DNA of 64,000 nt from Octopus vulgaris (Eukaryota). The stretch is taken from assembly GCA_951406725.2 (NCBI GenBank), contig OX597818.1, positions 27,342,001-27,406,000 on the forward strand, given 5' to 3'. Under the pieces are notes generated by a model. That model did not search any database and was not told where the DNA came from. It saw nothing but the letters and a program-made list of their open reading frames with translations. A program made the translations under genes and the position numbers. This document shows positions 49,098-62,618 of this stretch, piece by piece (the first letter of the stretch is position 1; each line of letters starts with the position of its first letter).

Positions 49098-49489
49098 TAT
49101 CTGTCTGTCTGTCTGTATGTATATATGTATATGTATGTGTGTGAACAATAATATTTTCAACAGATGTGTTGCAAATGTATCTGATTGTTCTCAAGCTTCA
49201 ATACTATGTGTGTGTGTGTATGTATGTATGTATATGTATGTATGTATGTATGTGTGTGTGTATGTATGTGTGTGTGTATGTATGTGTGTGTATGTATGTA
49301 TGTATGTATGTATGTATGTATGTATGTATGTATGTATGAGTGTATGTTTACTTTATTACTAATTACTCTCTTCCAAGAACATTTTCACTCACTCTTAGCT
49401 CTTAGCTTCCCATACATTTTACTCATGTATCTATCAGCGTCATAGACAGAATACTTTCACTTTAGTCTTCCTCAAATCACTCTGTCGCT

Positions 49490-49760
49490 ATTTACTTTCA
49501 TTTTATTCGTTGCCCACTGTGTGTGTGCGTTTGCGTGTGCTGTAAACCAGACTAAGAAAAGCATTTGACACACACACCAGAATGTGAGTTTTCTGTAAAT
49601 TTTGCTTAATTGGAGTTTAAATTTTAAAAACTGGACCTGGCATGACGCGATGCATTGTACTCTTAAAAATGCTAGGTAAATTGTAATTGAAGAAATCCTA
49701 TATTGTAGATTTCTATAACTCCCAAAGGGAGGCAGATAAAATCTGCCTTTTATAATAAGA
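49490..49760 (-). mobile_element. 5' portion of non-autonomous Helitron (53700 family)
   Basis: Near-identical to 47735-47989. Confidence 0.85.
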
Positions 49761-49819
49761 TATATATATATATATTTAAATGAATGGAGTTACACGCAGG
49801 TGTTATTCAGTTCTTTATA

Positions 49820-49907
49820 CTTCCAACATATGTTTCGAAGAAAACATTGGTATTATTCCAGAAGGAATAAAATGATGTAAAACAAAGCAACATTCTCATC
49901 AGGGAAA
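49820..49907 (-). ncRNA. Type I hammerhead motif with extended stem II, in a Penelope-like fragment (about 49776-49965)
   Basis: TTTCC-CTGATGA-GAA...(59-nt stem II)...TTC-GAAAC-ATAT-GTT-GGAAG; palindromic stem III ACATATGT. Confidence 0.7.
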
Positions 49908-49994
49908 ATAAAAGAAACAAAACGCATCAATAAGACATTTTAACCGAATGTGATTATACCGAATGTGATATATACATACATGCACAAATATATA

Positions 49995-50574
49995 CAAGGT
50001 GGCCCAAAAGTTGGTTTACAGTTATCCCATAGGCACTTAAAATTTCTTTCAAAATATTTCGTTACCTTTAATTTTCTATCTTACAATCATATTGTTTATG
50101 CACATCTTAAACAGACAATATTTGATCTCTCAGATGCTCAAAATGTCATCCTTCAACATTGCAACATTCTTCAAACCTCTTCAGACACACAGTGCAGCAC
50201 AAATTCCGATCTCCATCAATTTCAGTGAATGCATCAGAAATGTAATCTTTTAATTCAATTACTGTTTTGGAATTCTTCTCATAAACCTTCTTCTTTACAA
50301 CACTCCAAAAACAGAAATCCATTGGTGTCAGGTCAAGTCAGGTGAACATGGTGGCCATTTGATACTGCACCGTCTTCCAAACCAATGCTGTGGAAAGGCT
50401 TGGTTAAAGTAGTTACTTACTGTCAACTGAAAAGGGAGCTTGACTAAATTAACTAAATTAGCATAGAATAATGGTTTCATAGAATAATGGTTTTATAATT
50501 AAGATCTAAACTGTTAATGTATGAATGCAAAAGAAATATTTGAACAACTGTAGACCTACTTTTGGGCCACCCTG
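49995..50574 (-). mobile_element. Internally deleted Tc1/mariner element (DD41D-like C-terminus)
   Basis: TIRs caaggtggcccaaaagttggtttacagtt / aactgtagacctacttttgggccaccctg, TA TSD; AFPQHWFGRR..WPPCSPDL..PMDFCFWS. Confidence 0.85.
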
Positions 50575-50589
50575 TATATATATATATGT

Positions 50590-51017
50590 AACAAGGTATG
50601 ATTATAAACAGGGCAAATTTTTAGCTATTTCTCCACAGACTGAAAAAGTGATGAACAACCGTAATCAATTTTCGAACCTTATTGGGTTCTTATCAGAGGT
50701 GTCTTCATCTTTCTGACAGTCGTGAGAGAAAAAAAGAAGCTAAACTATTTATATACTTAATAAATGCACCAGTTACTGTATGAAGAAGTCCCTAACTTGC
50801 ATACCAAAAGTCTTCAACATTCTATAAATACCAGCGGCCTGTCAATGGGGATCTTCGTCCACACAGTATCAAGGTATGATTTAATAGATATGTAAAATAT
50901 GGTATAATTATAAACAGGGCAAATTTTTAGTCATTTCTCCGCAGAATGAAAAAATGATGAACAACCTTGATCGATTTTTGAACCTTATTGGGTTCTCATC
51001 AGAGGTGTCCACATCAT
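50590..51017 (-). mobile_element. Tandem hammerhead-bearing element (306-bp period; retrozyme-like or tandem pLTR)
   Basis: Direct repeats 50595-50712 and 50901-51016, each containing a mutated hammerhead; (TA)n on both sides. Confidence 0.65.
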
Positions 51018-51099
51018 CTATATATATATATATATATAAAATAGAGAATGTCTGTCTGTCTATGTATGTGTGTGTTGATATGTGTGTATCACTAAAAGT

Positions 51100-52194
<1,095 letters not shown>

Positions 52195-53699
52195 TATATA
52201 TAAAACTGAAAATGTGTGTGTGTGTCTGTCTGTCTGCCTGTCTCTATGTGTGCATCACTAAAAGTTGAGAAGTACCCAACCGATTTCATTCAAGGTTTAC
52301 ACATGCCTTGCTTAGGTTCTATGCAGTGTCATGGGCCAAAGAAATGTTCAACTTCTTGCTTAATGAGAGCCTGGAGCAATCTCTTATCTCTTACATTATT
52401 TCAGTATTATGTGTCAAAAGTGATACAATAACATCTATATTGTAATGTGAGATAATATTTTCACTTTAATACTTTTACTATTATATACTTCCCCTATTAA
52501 TACTGAAACTATTACATGCATAAACATGCATACACACATGCACAGACTCACACACATTCTGTGTGTATGTGTATATATAAACATATATAAATATAAATAT
52601 AAATATATATATGTATATGTATGCATGTATATATATATGTATACTAGCAGAGATACTTGGCGTTACCTGTGTTACATGCAATTGAAGAATTAGACTTTTC
52701 TGTTATATTTTCTGTTATGAACTGGAATATCTATGTTTCGAATTTCATCAAAATTGCAGATGAGGGTTGTTTCCCTCTTTACACACCCAAACAAAATTGT
52801 AATCGTGCCACATGATCCCATACTACTGGTTTTTATGCGCATATTCCAAAATTCCAGTCTTATTGAACCTTTTCAAAAGATTTTGCTCCTGAAAAATGAA
52901 GGTCATGGAGCTCTAAAATGTGAGAGTTAAGGTCCCTGTTGGGGGTGGGCATCTTAATATCAACCAGAGAAGTTGAATTGTTGAGAATCTTTTTAACTTG
53001 GGTCTTATATCTATTGTTTGAATTTCTTTGAAATAGGAAATATATGTTCACTGGGTTTGTAAAAGAGAGCAAAGCTACAAGAAACCAAAAGACAAATGAT
53101 CACAATAAGCAGTCAGCTACCCTACCCTAGTCGTTACTGCTCCCAATGTAGGATTCCTCACCATCCAGGTGACAGGCACAGAATAAATTTACAATCTAAA
53201 AATGTCTTTGAATAACCAGTCACTCATCTGGGATGGCCTTGAAATCAATGTTACCATCTGGGGACTCTGTGTGACCAAGTGATAATAAAAAGACTGAAAG
53301 GAGATCTGCAATCAAATAACTTTACTCAACACTTTGCAACTGAATCAGTGGAGGCAAAGAAGCCTCTCATTTATTTGACAATTTATGCACCACATTGCAG
53401 AAATCACAATGTAAGTGTATGTCAAAGCAAACTGTTACACTGTTGTACCATTGAATTACAAATATTGCTCATCTTTTATGCTCGGGTAACCCTACAGCTT
53501 CCAAAAGTACAACTGTATTCGTTTTTGCTTAGATAAAGTGACAAAATTTTGGTTGTTAAGTCCCCATAGAGGGGTCTTTCTAACTTGTAAGAAGATGAAA
53601 TTTTATAAATATTACTTCATTTGTGTCTAATATCTATGGTTAAAATTTCATCAACAGCAAAAATATATGAATTCTCATGGGGGTTATGGCCCTTATGCA

Positions 53700-54749
53700 T
53701 CTCTTATTATAAAAGGCAGATTTTATCTGCCTCCCTTTGGGAGTTATACAAATCTACAATATAGGATTTCTTCAATTACAATTTACCTAGCAGTTTTAAG
53801 AGTACAATGCATCGCGTCATGCCAGGTCCAGTTTTTAAAATTTAAACTCCAATTAAGCAAAATTTACAGAAAACTCACATTCTGGTGTGTGTGTCAAATG
53901 CTTTTCTTAGTCTGGTTTACACCACACGCAAACGCACACACACACAAAGGGAGCGAATTGTTTCACTCACGCTATCACCCTTCTCCTCCTTTGTCTTTGC
54001 AAGTCGGCAGCTATTAAAGTGAAAACAGTGAATCTGAGATCTCCGATAGCGATAAAGAAAACGAATTGGTACCTGAATGGAGTGAAAATTTAAAAACTGT
54101 TTCTTTCGGTGAGTTTTCTGAAGAAACTGGACCAAGCCACAGACTTTCCCAGAAGAGTAAAGCCTTACACTATTTCTATTTACTTTTTCGAATGAGCCCA
54201 TTTGAAATCATTACGGCAGAAACGAACTGTTACGCTAAACGTAAACAAAACGAAAGAAACGATAGTTTGTTATTTCCCACAACCTTAAATGAAATTAAGG
54301 CCTATTTTGCCATAAATATTATTATGGGTATCAGAAAGTTACCCAGAATAACAAATTCTATCGTAAAATTTTGTTGTATACCCAATTGAATATTAGCTAA
54401 TAACCCATTTTCTATAGCGATGTTTGAACAAAATTTTAATAATTTTACAGAAAGTTACCCAGAATAACAAACGAGCCCTTCTGGGTATTAGCGCGCGTCT
54501 ACGATGAGTCTACGATTTAAAAAAAATTACCATCATATTTTTCCATTTTAATGCATTTTTTTCGCTTTTATATAAGGGAAGTAACTCTCTAAAAATATCT
54601 ACGATGTGTCAACGATTTAAAGAAAAATTTACCTTAATTTTTTTTCAATTTTTAATGCATTTTTTTGCTATTTTTTGGCTATAACTCTCTAAAAATGCTT
54701 ATATAGTTATTTCCCTTACAACCCGAGCAACGCCGGGCGATACTGCTAG
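53700..54749 (+). mobile_element. Complete non-autonomous Helitron carrying a piggyBac transposase fragment
   Basis: A|TC start at 53700, CCCGAGCAACGCCGGG hairpin at 54722-54737, CTAG|T end at 54749; internal ORF 54066-54389. Confidence 0.85.
54066..54355 (+). pseudogene. piggyBac (PGBD-like) transposase N-terminal fragment
   Basis: FSEETGP..ALHYFYLLF..FEIITAETNCYA..PTTLNEIKAYFAINIIMGIRKLP matches the piggyBac N-terminal consensus. Confidence 0.8.
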
Positions 54750-54854
54750 TAGAATATAATTTCCAAATTTCATAAAGATCCATTCAGTACTTTTGACCTA
54801 GTTTTGGATCATAAAAGAAATGACTAAAATTTGGGAGTTAAGGCTCCCATTAGG

Positions 54855-54885
<31 letters not shown>

Positions 54886-55080
54886 ACTACAAAATTAGAG
54901 AATGGAGAAACATACTTAAATCAGTAAAACATCAACTATCCGATGATACTCAATCCATACTTTAATACACCATTACATATGAGTAAAGGCAATATATAAA
55001 ATGAAATGAGATATACAGTAATAGTAAAAAGATAAAGAGATATAAGTAAAAAATTTCAAATATAATATGCAAATAAATCA

Positions 55081-55196
55081 AAAACTGACAGCTGTTTCGG
55101 CAGTGAGGGCAGTCATACCTCATTTAACCTATAAGCTATAAAGGCAGGTATAAATGAGGCATTAACAAGGATGCCCCACGGCCTCTTCAGAGAATT
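55081..55196 (-). ncRNA. Hammerhead motif in the Penelope-like pLTR, very long stem II
   Basis: CT-CTGAAGA-GGCCGTGGGGCA...TGCCCTCACTGCC-GAAAC-AGCT-GTC-AG; palindromic stem III ACAGCTGT. Confidence 0.75.
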
Positions 55197-55555
55197 AAAT
55201 TAAATTTGTTATAATAGTGAAAAATATTATATAATCATATACATATAAATATAAAAATATAAAAATGTAAAATATAAAAACTTATACATCATAATGCTAC
55301 ACTTATATAATATAATACACATTTGTACAAAAAAGGAAGGTAAACAGAACAAAATAAAACAAAATATATAACAGTGTATATATTAATATTAATAAGTACC
55401 GATATTATACATATTTGGCTAATAGTTTTTTTTATAAAAAAAAAGGCTAACACATATGGAGATGAAAAATAATAATTAAAACCATGGTACAGTTCATAAA
55501 GTTCTAAAGCTATAAAAGTTAATAAAAATTACTATTAATATTAATAATAATAATA

Positions 55556-55623
<68 letters not shown>

Positions 55624-57331
55624 ATAATAAAAATAGATACAGTTAAGTTAGCACCAAGTCCATCCTTTCAAGATCGAAATGACTATGAGTTAAGAAATGC
55701 TGACCACTAGGTAAAGAAAATTTAGATTAATTCGATTGGCTATTGGTTTGAAATTTAAATCACAAAAGAAAATTATACGGTTGGTTAGTCAGGGAACGCC
55801 AATATTCACACACGCATCTACAGATCAATCGCACATACACACATAGTTATATGTATATACATACACTTATACACATACATAATCACAAGCAACAACTAGC
55901 ACTTAGATAAACAAAAAAGGGAAGCAACTATGCTACCATTTAGTCCTACAAAATTATAACTGTGCCTCAATAACAAAAAAAGAACCATCCATGCATTCCA
56001 TAAAATATTTAATTTAGATATAAATATATTTTTAAATATCAGTATGTTACTAAGTCAGATTTCATGGGTAACTTAAAATTTATAACACCGGTTTGTTGCA
56101 GAGTAAACATACGGTTGTTAGATTTATCGTAGGTTTGTTATGATTTTAAGTACGCTAAATTATAAAATATAAAATATAAAATATATATTAATTTAAATAT
56201 TATAAATAAGTCACTTATTAACTTAATAAATATAGTGCCATAATATACCAGTTTAGGCATTAAAAAATAGAAGGGGAAGTACTAATGTAAACGCTTATGA
56301 GAACATCACAGAAATTTTAAATAAATTTTATATTATAAAGACTTAAGATGAAAAGTGATAAAATAAATAAGAAGGAATAAATACGAAGGAATAAATACGG
56401 TTATACACATAATTATAAGTACAAACCAGTATATATGTATTCATATATTATTAAAATTAAATAAAAATAAATGATAGATATGTATGTATAAAACTACCCC
56501 AGTATAAGTAAATAAGTAAAAAAATAAATAGGTAACAAATTAGATGACTTGATATGTATGTAAACATCTACACTTAAATAGGCAAATAAATAAATAAATA
56601 GAAGACTAGATGCAAAGATTGATAACATTACAATAAAATGGAAAATAAATAAAAAATAAATAAAGTGAATATATATGTTATATTGTTGAATGTAAATATG
56701 TATGGAAGGATAGTTTAAAGTACAGATCCAGAGGACTATAGATATAAACTAAATATATAAGGCTGGTAATAATTATAAAGCAAAATGCATGTAAATGAGA
56801 AAATGAAAAAAATGAAAAAGGTTTATCAGTGAATAGCATAAGATACAAATTAAGGTGAGTACAAAAAGACCAAATATACAATAAAAACCTTCCAAATAAA
56901 CACATACAAAAAAACCTATAATCTTAACCTAAACCCACCAAACTCACAAAAGGCTCTCATATATTACATATTATACAATATCATTACATTATCCAGAGCT
57001 AGGTATCTAACCAAGATATATATACATACTATGCAATATACTATGCAATATTAGAAAACTTCAAAAATCACACATTACAAGGCAAATACCAAAATGAATA
57101 TGTTATTTTATGTCATATTGCATTTCTCTTAAAAAACAAACAAAAACCCACATACAAAAAACAAGAAACCAATAATACTAGACACATCCATTAATTATTA
57201 TACAAATGTAGCTATAAAAATTATAAAATTATAAAATTTATAAATTGTATACTTTAGAATTATAGAAGACCACAGGTATATTTAGTTAAAGAAGGGAATT
57301 AAAAAATTAATAATAGTGGAAGTGCTAAGTT

Positions 57332-59540
57332 CTATTTGAATCTAGAAAAGGTGAACGGTAGCCTATGAATACAAAAGAAGTTTTTTTCATTAATGTTGTT
57401 AATAATTTGCTGACCCGCTTTAATAATGAAGAAAATTTCATTAATACATAGAGAGCATTTTTTATTTTTTCCATTATACACAGGTGCTGAAGTTAGTATT
57501 TTCCAGTTTAATCTAAAATCTAAGTTCTTACTTTTAAGTTCCCAAATGTATGCACTTAGCCCTGTAGAGTACATTCTATTTTTATTCCTAAAAGTATATC
57601 TGTGATAATTCCATCTTTGTTTTATGCTATTCATAGTTGCCCCGATATACACCCTACTACTCAATTGTGTATCTACAGTGCATTGGTAAACTACCTCCTT
57701 CCTGAGGCATTGATTACCAAATACACATTTATTTTTATTTCTGCAATTACAAAGATTAACAGAATGAGGAAATCTAAGATTGGACACCACCCCTATACTA
57801 CTATTCACATTATAAGTGTTACAATTGTTATCATCATCCAAACCCAAAATCAACGAATGAGTTAATTTCACATTATCGGCTATATTCCTATCACTAGTAC
57901 TAGTAATGGTAGTAGTAGTATGATCTATTACATTTATATTATCTCTGACAGGTACGGTGCACTCATTATTAGTAAGGAGGTTGTTCCCATTTGTTCCAAG
58001 AAAGTTTCTATTCCTATTATTAATGAAGAGGGGCAAGTTTTCCTGGTCTAAATTCAATTTTCTATCCTTATAGAAGTGATCCAGTTTCTTGTTATTAAAA
58101 GAGGAGATAATGGTGGCTAGATTATGAGTAATGTTATATCCCACTCTAACAGTACCGTTGTTAATTAAAGGACTAAATTTATTCTTATCCTTACCAAAAT
58201 GCCTAAAAATAATATTATGCAAAGCTCTCACTATGTTTGTTTTAATCTGCATTGCATATGGGATAATCAACCAAAGAATATTCTTATCAGAATTAGGATT
58301 GCCTATAGAATTAATGTTATTTGGAAAAATCCTATTCGTAGACCAACTCATAGGATTACTATTCTTACCACTGTTATTGTTATATCTATCTATATCAATA
58401 TTACCATGGTTATTGCGCAAGTAAACTTTACCATTATCATGTCTACCATAAGTTTTAATTCGTATATTATTATTAATATTACTACTATTACCCGTATGTT
58501 TAGATCTATTTGAGCTACCGTTCACCTTTCCAAGGTTAACATCACTTCTACATTTATTATAGGTGTTATCATATATTCTATTTTTACTATTCTTATGCAT
58601 ATTGTTGATTATCCTAAATCTATTTGTGTTGTTCCTGATAGTTCTACCTCCATTAGGAGGGTTCCCCTTAGGTATAAACCAAATCTTACTTTTATATCCT
58701 GCCTTAAGCAATGCTGCATTGTATCTATCACAGTGTTTGTTAAAAATTTCCTCGTTTGAGGATAAACTAGAAATTCTCTGACTAATGCTACGCACTAGTG
58801 CATTTTTAATTTGAGGGGGTGATTACTTGAACGGTTAATGTATATTAGGTTAGAATTAGGTTTAATATAGGGTTCATGTAAACCATTTGTAATGTTACAA
58901 TTAACATCTAAATAATTAGCAGAATAATTTTCACTTTCAATGATAATGGATAGGCCGAAACTTTTAAAAAATTTATTTATTCTTTTTTCAGAAGATCTAA
59001 TCTCCTATTTGATGTATTCCTAGCACAAAATAAGGCGTCATCCCTGTATAATCCACCTTTTAATTCAGGGAATTCCCTACTAAAGTTATCTAATAGATAC
59101 ATCCCAACTAGATCAGTCACCTCCGCTGAGTCCGGCGATCCCATTGTGATATCGAACAAGTTGGGTGTGTCCTTTCTAGCCCAAAGTTTATTATCAAACT
59201 CTATTAAAGTTTTCCTGGCTGTTAGTATAACCTTAATCTCCCCCATACTTAATTTAGTGTGTTTTCTAGCAAAAATTAAGGACTTATTTAATATAATAGG
59301 GTTAATGGAAGTGTAATAATTCTGTATATCGAATTGTATAAATTTATTTCTATTATAGCTAAAGTTGTTACTGTCACAGACCTTAATGGCAGAAAACCAA
59401 TCCAAAGCACCCTGAGTATTCTTCCAAAGGTTTAGTTTGATTTTATTGCGGATGGTGGGTAGATATTTATCTAGAATGAGTTTACTTAGTCTGCCTAAGT
59501 CAGATTTAGTGGGGCAAATTAATCTGACCTGTTGGGTACC
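57332..59540 (-). pseudogene. Penelope-like RT/GIY-YIG ORF, truncated, one frameshift
   Basis: ORFs 58977-59405 and 57332-58795 plus connecting sequence. Confidence 0.88.
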
Positions 59541-59603
59541 TATCTAGCAGTATATTGGATATATATTATCCCATGGTGGGTTGAATTTTCAACCCCTATC
59601 TCA

Positions 59604-59607
<4 letters not shown>

Positions 59608-59655
<48 letters not shown>

Positions 59656-59666
59656 CCTAATGGGAG

Positions 59667-59722
<56 letters not shown>

Positions 59723-60053
59723 ATATATATACATGCGTGTATATATGTGTGTGTATGTATATATGTGTATATATGTATGGGTATACATGTGTATATGTAT
59801 GTATGTATGTGTATGAGTGTATAAGTATGGATTTATTGGGTTTCTTTTTTTATATATGTAGATAGATGTGAGTGCGTGTATGTGCGTAGATATGTGTATG
59901 TGTATTGGTATGTGCATGTGTATATATATGTGTATGTATACGTTTAGATATATGGATGTATGTGTATGTAGGTATGTATATGACTGGTGTAGGTATATAT
60001 GTGTATGTATATGTAGGTATATACGTGCGTGTATATGTATACGTCTGTGTGTA

Positions 60054-60112
<59 letters not shown>

Positions 60113-60839
60113 GTATATATTTGTATATGTATATACATGTGTATATATATATATACTTGTGTATATATGTGGACTAGTCTTCTGTGTGTGTGCAGATGTA
60201 TGTATGTGTATGCGTGTAGATATGAATCTGTAGGTACGTGTACGTATGCGTATATATGTGCATGCATGTATGTATATGTATGAGTGTAGGTAGATATATG
60301 TAGGTATGCTTTTATGTACACGTGTATGTGTGCATGTGTGCTAATATGTACTTAAAGGCGTATGGATGTGTATATATGTGTATGTATGTTTATATGCACA
60401 AATGTCTGTATATAGGCATATGAGTCTATATATGTGGGCAGATGTTCTTGTGTGTTTATGTGTACTGAAGTACATTTATATATGTGGTTTTGTGTGTACA
60501 TAGCTATGTGTACGTTTATGTGAAAGAGGGTACACTTTTGTATGTATGAATATAACACGTGCGTCTGTGTATGTGTATGAGTGTGCGTGTGAGTGTGTGC
60601 GTGTGTGAGTGTTTGTGCTCGTATCAGTGGGCAGAAAGATAGAAAGGAAGGTAGCAATAAAGGGGCAATAAATGGTTTCTTAAGCCAGCTAAGCAAGCTC
60701 CCTTGGGAGAAACCTACCTCTATGTCGGCTTGGTTGGTCGAGGTCAAATAAAAACAATATATATTTATGTATATGTATGTGTGTGTATATATATATAGGT
60801 ATATATAAGAGTGTGTATGAATGTGTGTATATATATATG

Positions 60840-60873
<34 letters not shown>

Positions 60874-61060
60874 TATACATGGATATGTGAGCGTGTGTGT
60901 ATGGAGGTGTATATCCTCTTTTATATTTATTTATTTTACATATATATGTGTTGTAGATATTTGTGTGTATGTATGAGTATGGGTATGGGTGAGTGCGTAC
61001 ATGTATGTAAATGGGTGCATATGTACATGTGTATATGGATGTATGTGGGTATGTGTATGT
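59608..61060. repeat. Long degenerate (TA)/(TG)/(TATG) low-complexity tract
   Basis: Direct reading. Confidence 0.9.
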
Positions 61061-61222
61061 AAACTCTATTATTCTATTTATTCTTTTATCTACTTTATCA
61101 CTGATTCCTTTGACCACTCCCCTAAGAAAGATAGTTTGTGCCATGCCTACCCCAAAAAGTCCACCACCACCACCCCTTAAACCTGCCTAAGTGTATAAAT
61201 GCCAAAACTATTCTTGTTACCC

Positions 61223-61273
61223 AGCTTCCTGATGATTTCTTTTGAATGAAACAGTTCTAGTCCTGTAGAAGCT
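61223..61273 (+). ncRNA. Type I hammerhead ribozyme motif
   Basis: AGCTTC-CTGATGA-TTTCTTTTGAAT-GAAACAG-TTCTAGTC-CTGTA-GAAGCT: 6-bp stem I, 4-bp stem III, GUA site, weak stem II. Confidence 0.7.
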
Positions 61274-61386
61274 CCTTCTATAAAATAAATTAATTTACTC
61301 TGCTATGTATTGAGTACCTTATTTACTGTGGTTAACCCCGACTCAACCCGGGACCTACACATATATATATATATATATATATATGT

Positions 61387-61419
<33 letters not shown>

Positions 61420-61784
61420 TAGATATAGATATATTCACACACACACACACACACATACAAAGATAAATTGATTGATACAACTGAGTGGGCAAACAAAAAT
61501 ATGAGATGCAGCCTAGTGCTTTTTTTATGTTGATAAGCCTAGTACTTATTCTATTAGTTTGTTCTTGCGAAACCAGTGAGTTATGTGGATGTAAATAAAT
61601 GAACAGCAGTTGTGAAGCAGTGATGAGGGTGAAACACAGAGACAAAAACACACACATACACTTACATATATACATACATATATATACAATTGATTTGCTT
61701 CAGTTCCTGTCTACGAAATCCATATATATTGTTGTTGGCATCCTTTTTGTCTTGGGAGACAATAGAGTTGCGCATAAAATAATC

Positions 61785-62075
61785 TAGTCCAGCTTTTACA
61801 TTTCATGTCCTAATACACCTCCTGCTGTGGCTGGGTAGTCCTATCCTGGACAAACACTCCCTCTGGCAGGTGCCGCGAATGTAGCAAAGACTTTGCCTGG
61901 CTGGTTGTAATGTCATACTTTCTTGTTGACGTCTTTTCTTGTCTTTCCATTTCTCCTCTCTCTCCATGTCACTCCTTTGTGTTCCCTCTTTTACGGTACG
62001 TTGCCAATCTCCACGATTGCTGGCAACTGCTTCCCAGTTAGTAATATTGATGTTGCAGGCATTCATGTCCCTTTT
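61785..62075 (-). mobile_element. RTE-like LINE 3' end
   Basis: WEAVASNRGDWQRTVKEG..TCQRECLSRIGLPSHSRRC is the RTE C-terminal zinc-finger region. Confidence 0.8.
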
Positions 62076-62328
62076 GCATGTTTATATATGTATACACACA
62101 CACAAACACATATATACATACATACATACATGTATATAAATATATATATGATTAAAATCAAAATATGCAACAAGGATGTCCAGGGGTAATGCATTACGAT
62201 AAATAACTTGAAAGCATTTGCAAATGCAGATACGGTGTATGTAAATTGTTGTACACACACTCATATGTATGTATGTATGTACGTATATATGTATGTATGT
62301 AAGTATAATATGTATGCATGTATGTATA

Positions 62329-62374
<46 letters not shown>

Positions 62375-62433
62375 TTATATATATATATAAATCTATATAC
62401 CTATGTGTTCATATATGTATATATATAGAAATG

Positions 62434-62464
<31 letters not shown>

Positions 62465-62571
62465 GTGTGTGTGTATGTGTATGTGTAGCTATATATATAT
62501 ATGTATATCCCTAGGCATCTATGCAAACACCTGTATGGACGTTAAACACAAAATATTTGTCCATATATATA

Positions 62572-62618
<47 letters not shown>

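Larger units (their letters stand above)
54885..59540 (-). mobile_element. 5'-truncated Penelope-like element (RT + C-terminal GIY-YIG) with long 3' region and hammerhead
   Basis: RT: RLICPTKSDLGRLSK, QFDIQNYYTSI, FDITMGSPDSAEVTDLVG, GLYRDDAL, NYLDV (frameshift at about 58977). EN: CNCRNKNKC..VVYQC..YIGAT..KQRWNYH..CSLCINE..CIH; stop at 57332. (TA)n near both ends. Confidence 0.92.

Noticed and set aside
60668-60746. Pseudoknot-like pairing (GGTTTCT/AGAAACC, AAGCC/GGCTT) as HDV-like or twister ribozyme
   Set aside because: Could not place P3, P1.1 or the catalytic residues of either class.
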